In this document: piece by piece, positions 60,523 to 64,000 of the stretch | How the letters are laid out: each line of letters begins with the position of its first letter | Position numbering within the stretch: the stretch's first letter is position 1 | Source of the DNA: Oikopleura dioica | Taxonomy: Eukaryota > Animalia > Chordata | DNA: 64,000 nucleotides | Direction of reading: 5' to 3' | Assembly (NCBI GenBank): GCA_907165135.1 | Contig: OU015569.1 | Span: forward strand, 1,178,001-1,242,000 | Made by a program: the position numbers and the translations under genes | The notes under the pieces: generated by a model | Databases searched by the model: none | What the model was told of the DNA's origin: nothing | What the model saw: the letters and a program-made list of their open reading frames with translations, nothing else

Positions 60523-63500
60523 CCACTCTTATTATATTTGGTGACCACTTAAAGTGACCATCCATAACTGCCAGTTATTTGTTCTTATCAGCTATTAAAT
60601 AAAAAGTAAAGTGTATTTTCTCCTTCTAAACTTTCAAAATTATAAGGCGTACATTCCCACCGAGATGACTTCCATTTCGGCACGCCGAGGGTAAAAATAA
60701 TTTCTCCTCCTTGATTTCAAAAATGCTCAAAATGAAAAAAACGCTCTTCGATTCCAAAGAGAGTGCGATTTGATTTTGTGTTCCTTGTGAGGTCCAGAAT
60801 TCTGTAGAATTTCGTGTTTTCTATTACTTCCTGCCATTTAACGAACTACACACCATTTAAACCAGTTTCAATCAGCTCTTTCGTATAGCAGAAATTAAAA
60901 GAGTTCAACCTTCACATTTTAAGTTCAAATTCAGGAATATCGAACCAACTTTAACTATTTACAACGACTTTATTTGTCAGGTAGAACTCTTATAAACGCC
61001 GAAATAAAAATTTCACAAATGTTACTATTTTGTTTCTTCTTTTTTTTTACTCACAGTATATATTTCCCTTTATTGCGCAGCTTCATTATTGATTTAATAA
61101 AGACTTTAAGTTTTGAACACTTTGTGTTTCCATTCTGGCTCGAAAAGATTGGAAATACTCGATTACCGATTTTATTCTAAAGTACTCACAGATCATGTGG
61201 CAAACGGTTTAGGTCATGTGACTGGCGAAGCGTGAAATCTTCTCACTTCTAAAACAGAAAATCCGCTGTTTTTGCGCGGCGGGAAATCGCAATTTATCTC
61301 CCGCTTTTCGTAAAACGCCAAAATAGAAATTTTACTCCCTTCTTGGAGATTCCAACTTTCAAAGTAATTTTGAGGAGTCTATTATGTACATTATATAATA
61401 TTGTATATTTCTTAATATAATCTAATAGTATATCTTCTATCTCAATAGCTTCTCCCGACTTCCCGTGCGAGTCCTCCTTGATTTCCGAGCCCGAATGAAC
61501 CCTTTGCGTTGCTCTCCTTCTCTCTCTCGCTTTTTGGAATTTATAAGAGTTTTTTCTTTCTAACTATCTACAAGTAACTCCTTTGTAAATTGCACTTTAT
61601 TCAACAATTACCTCGGCAGATTTCTTTTTCTTATTTATTTTCTTTATAAAAACACATTTGTTAATTCTACTTCGATTATACTGTATTATTGTGCACAAAT
61701 TCTGTATCAGGATATCATATATTTATATATGGACTAAGCGAAACGGTAACGGCATATTTGATGATTGCCCTCTGTAATTATCGAAAACGCGCGCGATGGG
61801 AGGAGCAAGGACGCCTTTGAAGGAAATCAACAGACCTCTATATTTTCTAGTTTCAAACGGAAGACCTCCCTTGACCCTTCCTCGCGCTCTCGCCGCAATT
61901 ATTGGATACTGCTTTATGGGTTCAAATCGTGCCAATCTCACCAATAAACCAACCGATCGTGCAAAATCCAAAAACGTTTATTTTCCTTGATTTTCTCGCA
62001 GCGAAGGAATATCAGAATAAAAAAGCAGGTGCGGGCGATTCAATGATTCCCTTTGAAACGCCGCAACTTGTGCTGCAGGTCCAGAGCACTCCTAAACAAC
62101 GGAAATATTGCGTTCTGCTCGGCGCGCCAAGTAGTAGCTCTCCAATATTCTGCAGCGATGCGTGCCAAAGCTAAACAAGACCTTATTTATGGCACCGTGG
62201 TAAACTTTCTCAGGGTTTATTGAATCGCGGATTGATAAATCATCCCTTGCTTACTTTGAAATGATTACTGGCATTAATTATTTTACTGGTGGGATACCAT
62301 TTGAGAAGGCACTTTATGTAACCGACTTTCTGTAATTCGAAGTTCGAAAGAAAGAATTTTCTAAAACAGCGAAATTTAAGACAAAATGTTTCGGACTCGC
62401 AGTTTGCCCCGAGTGAAGGCACATCGTTTGAGCAAGAACTTTGCCAGCGCAAGAACATTTCAATGTAGCCCAGCTGTTTCCCGAGAAGAGCAACTCGTAT
62501 CCCTTGCTCAGCGAAAGAGGTAAACCCTTGCAACAGTAATGCACTCGTATATTTTCTTCCATGATTTCCACAGGCCTGAGCAAAGTTCAAATGGAATAGG
62601 GATCTTCTTTCTGGGTCTTGTCTGCCAGATAGACTGTCTATCCTTCTAGTGGGAAACAACAATTTTGACTCGTCAAAACAGCCGACGTAAAATCAAAATA
62701 CCACCGTCATATTCTTATCAACTCAGCGTCTTTGTTTCTGGGTTATATAATTTCCACTGATATGAAATACGTCGGGCTTCGGACTTTGAGTTCTTATGAA
62801 ATAAAAGTATAGATTTAAAATTTAAATATTGAGTGTACTTGAGAAACTGGTCGAACAGGTTGAAGTTGAAGTATGAAATTTGTTGTTTTTGTTTGTTAGA
62901 TCGAAAACATCGATAGGCAAGGGGGTTGAAATCGGGTTGAAAGAGGCGCAGCGGGTGCGCTGACCTCAATCGGCAGCTAGGAAATCGGCAGCTAAAATCC
63001 GCGCCGAAATCCTAGCATGATCGAACCACCATCTGCTCATCGCACTAGGGAAACGCTCGCCGAAAAAAGGCTGAGAAATCCTAGCAAGGGCACTCAACCG
63101 AACCAGTAAATCAGAACGGCGTAACGGTAAATTCCCATTTCCCGCGCAAGTCTACCTTTGAAGTTCTTATCAATATGACTTTACAATGCACTGTCTTCAT
63201 TCTTATCGACGTACCATAAAAAAGATAAATTGTGATTTCAATTGACGAAACTTTTTATTGCCTTTTTTCGTTAAAATTAAAGCAGCCAAGGTTTAATTTT
63301 AAACATCAATTTCGAAGTTCGCAAAAAAATGTTTTCAAAAGAAGTTTTTGGAGACTCAAAAGTTCCATTTCATTTCCTCAAAAATACGATCTCAAAGCTT
63401 ATTCTTTTTGCCTTATCATTTCTTTACGTATCCATTCTATTCACTATAATAAGTTCATTTTCATGAAGAAACCTAACTTGTTGGTTTCCAGGAAATAACT

Positions 63501-64000
63501 AGATTTTTAATGAAAAATGAGTTAATTTTGACATGAATTAATTTGATTATCGAAGAGAATTTTTAAAATTTTTAAAATGATTTTTATTGAAAATAATTTT
63601 CTGAAAGACTGTTATGAGTCAGTGGTGTTGGAGGAGGCAAGTTCTACTGGTCAAAGAGTTTATTTTTATTGGGGAAAGAGCGATGTTAATTTATTATTAA
63701 AAAGATTTTTGTTTGGGCGGAGCGAACCAAGTCATCCCCGTCTCGGTAGGAAAAGCGTCGCCGATTTGGAGCTCGATTCTCCGAGGGAGCGCTCTTGCCA
63801 CCCACTCGGGGAGCGTCCAATCACGCGCCGCTTGGAGGCCCGTCGCCAATATTAGCGACACATTTCCTAGCAAACTCAGAGTACACTCGGTGAGCAGATC
63901 GGCTCACACACAGCCACCAGACGCACTCGAAAATAAAGAAATCAAGATTTTGAAAAAATCTCATTTCCGCATTTTCGAGTGAATTCAAGTCTGATTTGCA

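Noticed and set aside
61700-62660. Short ORFs after EPC, including MFRTRSLPRVKAHR... at 62386
   Set aside because: No motif or homology, and the frames conflict between strands.

Overview
Gene-dense eukaryotic DNA with very short introns, many non-GT splice donors (GA, GC, GG), an apparent trans-spliced operon and chordate-type homeobox genes. This combination points to a larvacean tunicate (Oikopleura); the species is inferred, not read from the sequence. Recognisable genes in order: myosin regulatory light chain, a MATH-domain gene, myosin VI, Islet, a matrilin-like vWA-(EGF)x~30-vWA gene with an antisense gene nested in one intron, a nectin/CADM-like Ig protein, Prep/PKNOX, a CENP-B/pogo DNA-binding-domain ORF, a RING protein, a thrombospondin-type-1-repeat protein, a thyroglobulin-repeat protein, calmodulin, and a GCN1-MED31-ISCA2-PIGK-EPC run. 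At least five unrelated MITE/foldback families sit in introns and intergenic DNA. The strongest unexplained signal concerns 14 introns that need a non-GT donor to restore the protein frame. Thirteen carry a short inverted repeat that starts 1-9 nt inside the 5' end and stops 4-11 nt before the 3' AG. Two of them have no G at the donor at all (AT-AG, TT-AG) and have among the longest stems. This suggests structure-guided splicing of non-canonical introns. All exon boundaries were placed by hand from reading frame and remembered homology, without RNA evidence. A few homopolymer indels suggest local assembly errors.
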